NCBI RefSeq assembly: GCF_000186885.1
Contig: NC_014972.1
Location: forward strand, 360,001 to 392,000
Direction of reading: 5' to 3'
Length of the DNA: 32,000 nt
Source of the DNA: Desulfobulbus propionicus DSM 2032
GTDB lineage: Bacteria > Desulfobacterota > Desulfobulbia > Desulfobulbales > Desulfobulbaceae
Of this stretch, positions 27,337 to 32,000 are shown one piece after another. Position numbers and translations under genes: made by a program. A model generated the notes under the pieces. The model saw only the letters and a list, made by a program, of their open reading frames with translations, had not been told where the DNA came from and ran no database searches. Numbering within the stretch: position 1 is the stretch's first letter; every line of letters starts with the position of its first letter.

Positions 27337-29154
27337 TTATCGCTGCAACCCTTGGGTCAGTTCGACCAATTCCTTTTCCAGCAGCGTTTCTTTTTCCAGC
27401 AGGATCTTGGCGCAACGTTCCAGTATTTCCCGGTTGTTTTCCATGATTCGATAGGTCACGGCAAAGGTGTCGTCGATGATCTTGCGCACCGAGGCGTCGA
27501 TCTGCTGGGCCGTGCTGTCGCTGATCTGGCAGCCGTTGATCCCTGGCCCGTGCTGCTGGCCGAGAAAAGTCGGCTGATTTTCCTCGTAGACGACAAAGCC
27601 GATGGCCGGATCCATGCCGTAACGGGTGACCATGTTGCGGGCAATGTCCGTGGCCCGGGCGATATCGTCCGAGGCGCCGGTGGACAGGTGGTTGAAAATG
27701 AGCTTCTCCGCCGCCCGCCCGCCGAGGAGCACGGCGATCTTGTGCTCCAGTTCCTCCTTGGTCATGAGGAAGCGATCTTCTGTCGGCCGCTGCAGGGTGT
27801 AGCCCAGGGCGCCGATGCCCCGAGGAATGATGGAAATCTTGTACACCGGATCGCTGCCGGGCAGGGCCAGGGCTGCCAGGGCATGGCCGACCTCGTGGTA
27901 GGCGACGATCTCGCGCTCTCTGGCATTGAGCAACCGATTCTTTTTTTCCAGGCCGGCGACGATACGCTCGATAGCCTGGGTGAAATCTTCCATGCTGACC
28001 TCGGTGGCCTGACGGCGGGTGGCGAGCAGGGCTGCCTCGTTGACCAGGTTGGCCAGATCGGCACCGGAAAAACCGGTGGTCAGGTCGGCCACGTGGCCGG
28101 CATCGACATCGCTGCCCATCTGGATTTTTTTCATGTGCACCTTGAGGATGGCGATGCGCCCCAGTTTGTCGGGTCGGTCGACCAGCACCTGGCGGTCGAA
28201 ACGGCCGGCGCGGAGCAGGGCGGGGTCAAGCACCTCGGGTCGGTTGGTGGCGGCAAGCAGTACCAGGCCGCTGCTCGGATCAAAGCCGTCCAGTTCGACC
28301 AGCAGCTGATTGAGGGTCTGTTCCCGTTCGTCGTTGCCGCCCAGGCCGGCGGCGGAGCGCACCCGCCCCAAGGCGTCGAGTTCATCGATGAATATGATGG
28401 CAGGAGCTGACTTGCGCGCCTGTTCAAACAGGTCGCGCACTCGGGCCGCGCCCACGCCGACGAACATTTCGACAAATTCCGAGCCGCTGATCGAAAAGAA
28501 GGGTACCCCGGCCTCTCCGGCTACCGCCCGCGCCAACAGGGTTTTGCCCGTGCCCGGAGGGCCGACCAGGAGCACGCCCTTGGGCATGCGGGCCCCCAGC
28601 TTGCCGTAATCCTCGGGCGCCTTGAGAAAATCAACGATCTCCTGCAGTTCCGCCTTACTCTCCTCCACCCCGGCCACATCCTCGAAGCTGACTCCGGTCT
28701 GGTGTTCCACGTAGACCTTGGCCTTGGATTTGCCGATGTTCATGAAGCCGCCGCCTATTCCCTGTTTGTCGACGAACTTACGGAAGATCAGCATCCAGAT
28801 GCCGAAGAACACCAGCGCCGGCACGATCCAGGAGAGCAGGGTGGCCAGGAACTTGCTCTCATAGATCTGGGTATAGGGGACATTGTATTTCGACAGGTGC
28901 TCGGCGAGACCCGGTTCGACCCGGTTGGCGACGATGATTTTCTTGCCGTTTGGGTCAGGCTCCTTCAGCTCGCCGACGATGTACTTCTCCCGGATGCTCA
29001 GTTCCGCCACCTTGCCCTGCTGGAGCAGGGTTTCCAGCTCGCTGTAGGGCACGGCGGTGATGCTCTGCTGCTCGACCCAGATTTCGTGGATGATCAGAAT
29101 GCCGAAGGCGGCGAAGATGGCAAAGATCACATTGTATTTGTGTTTGTTCTCCAT
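27337..29154 (-). CDS. ftsH: ATP-dependent zinc metalloprotease FtsH
   Basis: [27 protein letters not shown]; SRH RLGR...[19 protein letters not shown]; zinc motif [10 protein letters not shown]; N-terminal TM helices. Confidence 0.96.
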   Translation of the reverse strand: MENKHKYNVIFAIFAAFGILIIHEIWVEQQSITAVPYSELETLLQQGKVAELSIREKYIVGELKEPDPNGKKIIVANRVEPGLAEHLSKYNVPYTQIYESKFLATLLSWIVPALVFFGIWMLIFRKFVDKQGIGGGFMNIGKSKAKVYVEHQTGVSFEDVAGVEESKAELQEIVDFLKAPEDYGKLGARMPKGVLLVGPPGTGKTLLARAVAGEAGVPFFSISGSEFVEMFVGVGAARVRDLFEQARKSAPAIIFIDELDALGRVRSAAGLGGNDEREQTLNQLLVELDGFDPSSGLVLLAATNRPEVLDPALLRAGRFDRQVLVDRPDKLGRIAILKVHMKKIQMGSDVDAGHVADLTTGFSGADLANLVNEAALLATRRQATEVSMEDFTQAIERIVAGLEKKNRLLNAREREIVAYHEVGHALAALALPGSDPVYKISIIPRGIGALGYTLQRPTEDRFLMTKEELEHKIAVLLGGRAAEKLIFNHLSTGASDDIARATDIARNMVTRYGMDPAIGFVVYEENQPTFLGQQHGPGINGCQISDSTAQQIDASVRKIIDDTFAVTYRIMENNREILERCAKILLEKETLLEKELVELTQGLQR

Positions 29155-29307
29155 GTCTGCACCAGGGAAAGGGTCCAAGGGAAAAACAACGTGTGTTGGG
29201 GGGATAATAATCATGCGGCCGAGGGAGTGCCAGCGGAAATTCCAATCTTCTCGACAGGATAGAATTTCAAACGTTTGCCGGGAGCGGCAGGCCGCCCGCT
29301 TGCCGCC

Positions 29308-29820
29308 TTACTGGAGCTTGGCGGTGATGTGATGCAGGGTTGCCTCCTTGACGATGTCGATGAGCTTTGAATCCTGGGCATAGGCCTCCTCGGTGAAGAC
29401 CTCCTGATACTCGGGCAGGGTGGCGATCAACAGTTGATGGAATCCGTCCGGCCGATCGACATCCAAGGTCCCCGGTTGGACCGGAACCACCGCGGCCACC
29501 TTGACCGAAATCTCGCCATCCAGCCGTTTGAACGCGGTGATAATGGTACAGCGGCCCTTTTTCAGGCGGGATTTCATGCGGTTGAATCGTTCCGAGCGGC
29601 GGGTGTACTCGTGAATCACCGAGGTCAGGGCGCCATCTGGACCAGGAAAATACTGGTTTTTGCCAAACACGTTGGCGAGCACCAGGGTCAATTCATCGGT
29701 TGCGATGGCACCCATTGATTGGTGGGTAAAGGTGAAGACCTCGGAATGTTCGGCAATGATGCCGTTTTGCTGTTCGCCGACGATGTAAATAAAGCGATCC
29801 GACTGCTGCGATTTCACCAC
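29308..29820 (-). CDS. Hypothetical protein, about 170 aa
   Basis: GTG start preceded by GGAGGAAA; coherent soluble protein. No family recognised. Confidence 0.6.
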   Translation of the reverse strand: MVKSQQSDRFIYIVGEQQNGIIAEHSEVFTFTHQSMGAIATDELTLVLANVFGKNQYFPGPDGALTSVIHEYTRRSERFNRMKSRLKKGRCTIITAFKRLDGEISVKVAAVVPVQPGTLDVDRPDGFHQLLIATLPEYQEVFTEEAYAQDSKLIDIVKEATLHHITAKLQ

Positions 29821-30195
29821 AGGTTTCCTCCGGCTGATGGACGATTCGATGAAGAAGGGGGCGCTGCCTGGTTTTCATACCATACCCCTGCCGTGTTCGG
29901 AAAGCGCATAACCGGTCAAGAGGATGCACGTCTTTTTTTTTCACCCCTCCCGATGGCTGTTGCCGGAATGGATCTTGCCGCTGGATTGAGCGGCAGCTGT
30001 GGCCCCTGCTGGTGTCGTCTTGTTAAAAATATCGATAAAGCAAGTTGATGGGTGGTGCCGACATGAACCCGACATGGCCCGGTATCGGGGAACAGGTCAC
30101 CCGATATCCACTGACAGCCACCGGAGGCCAATCTACAGTGCAGGCACAGGATCGGAGATTCGTCGCTGGCCGATCCTTGAGGAGTGTGAACAACG

Positions 30196-30399
30196 ATGAA
30201 CCGAAAAGAACGAGGTGGCCTGTTGGTCTGCCTGACCCTGCTGATCACCGCCCCGCCCCTGGACCACGAGCATTTCTGCACGGTGCTCTCCGTCCACCGG
30301 GGCAAGGTGGTTCTGCAGTGCGACAAGCCCACCGGGATGCACCCCGATGAGCGGGTCAGACTGGGGCCGATCAGAAAGAAGGGACAGGAAGGTCGCTGA
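30196..30399 (+). CDS. Small hypothetical, possibly exported protein
   Basis: ATG preceded by GGAG; MNRKERGGLLVCLTLLITAPPLDHEHFCTVLSVHRGKVVLQCDKPTG... Confidence 0.4.
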   Translation: MNRKERGGLLVCLTLLITAPPLDHEHFCTVLSVHRGKVVLQCDKPTGMHPDERVRLGPIRKKGQEGR

Positions 30400-30437
30400 C
30401 CGAGGCGACCGTGTCAACGAACGCAAAGGAGAAAAAA

Positions 30438-30770
30438 ATGAACGGCAGGAAAATGCTTGTTGGCGGAATGCTGGTCCTGGCGCTGTTGGGACTGGAAGGA
30501 CATGTGAATCAGGTCGAGGCCCGAAGTCGTGTCTATGTGGGCGCCGATCTGGGGGGGCTGGTGCTGGGCTTTGGCGGTTATCCCCGCTATGTGCACCACC
30601 GGCCTCCTCCGTATGTCTACGGCTATGACCGGTATGTTCCAGTGGGGCCGCCCCCCTATCCGCCGCGCGGCTGGTATCGGTATAACCCGCCTCCGCCGGT
30701 GTATTATCATGATCACCGGCGGCCGCATCATCGGCATCACCATGATCGAGGTTACCGTGGACGATGGTGA
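30438..30770 (+). CDS. Small exported His/Pro/Tyr-rich protein
   Basis: AAAGGAG ribosome-binding site; signal peptide MNGRKMLVGGMLVLALLGLEGHVNQVEA; low-complexity tail PRYVHHRPPPYVYGYDRYVP...DHRRPHHRHHHDRGYRGRW. Confidence 0.7.
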   Translation: MNGRKMLVGGMLVLALLGLEGHVNQVEARSRVYVGADLGGLVLGFGGYPRYVHHRPPPYVYGYDRYVPVGPPPYPPRGWYRYNPPPPVYYHDHRRPHHRHHHDRGYRGRW

Positions 30771-30862
30771 GGAGCCGCCTCATGCGAGGCGGCTTCGGGA
30801 CAGGTCAGAGAGTTCCGGGGCCGAAAATCCAGGAACGGACGCTGCTGTGGAGAGCGCGTATT

Positions 30863-30887
30863 CCCCCGGCGTCCCGGACGCCGGGGG
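30863..30887. terminator. Strong GC-rich hairpin 3' of ackA
   Basis: CCCCCGGCGTC-CCG-GACGCCGGGGG, perfect 11-bp stem between converging genes. No U-tract. Confidence 0.5.
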
Positions 30888-30908
30888 CCTGACAGCGTCG
30901 ATCCGTGC

Positions 30909-32000
<1,092 letters not shown>

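Noticed and set aside
27352-28410. 352-aa plus-strand ORF opposite ftsH
   Set aside because: Antisense to unmistakable FtsH AAA and protease domains; no recognisable motifs.

Overview
This 32 kb bacterial window looks like a deltaproteobacterial, Desulfobulbales-like genome; that placement is inferred from protein style only. It appears composite. (1) Positions 1-5.3 kb are strongly AT-rich: the distal end of an O-antigen/exopolysaccharide locus, with a frameshifted Wzx-type flippase, a GT4 glycosyltransferase, a PaaK/CapK-like AMP-ligase and a GT2 glycosyltransferase, then a convergent secreted polysaccharide-lyase-like protein whose 3' end overlaps the GT2 gene by 45 nt. (2) Positions 5.6-11.3 kb, all minus strand, carry a surface/exoprotein cluster: a PKD plus malectin-like secreted protein; a ~903 aa FN3-like/PKD/H-type-lectin-like secreted protein with a near-consensus sigma-54 promoter; a membrane protein with a GspE/MshE N-terminal domain and no ATPase; and a DUF1566-like protein with a PEP-CTERM tail. 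(3) Positions 11.5-19.1 kb carry ComEA-like, a divergent Sat-CysC fusion, VanZ fused to a putative binding domain, mutM, a phosphopantetheinyl transferase, CvpA, a phosphohexomutase and a PilZ protein. (4) Positions 19.3-27.3 kb carry a nitrogen cluster: sigma-54-like promoter, amt, PII, glnD, and glnA with Phe at the usual adenylylation Tyr position. These are followed by a membrane-anchored XRE regulator with an extracytoplasmic EF-hand-like loop, and a CBS-ACT protein. (5) Positions 27.3-32 kb carry ftsH, small hypotheticals and a 5'-truncated ackA. The best candidate for something undescribed is the 5.6-11.3 kb cluster, which may be under sigma-54/c-di-GMP control. No CRISPR array, tRNA, rRNA or intact mobile element was recognised by eye.
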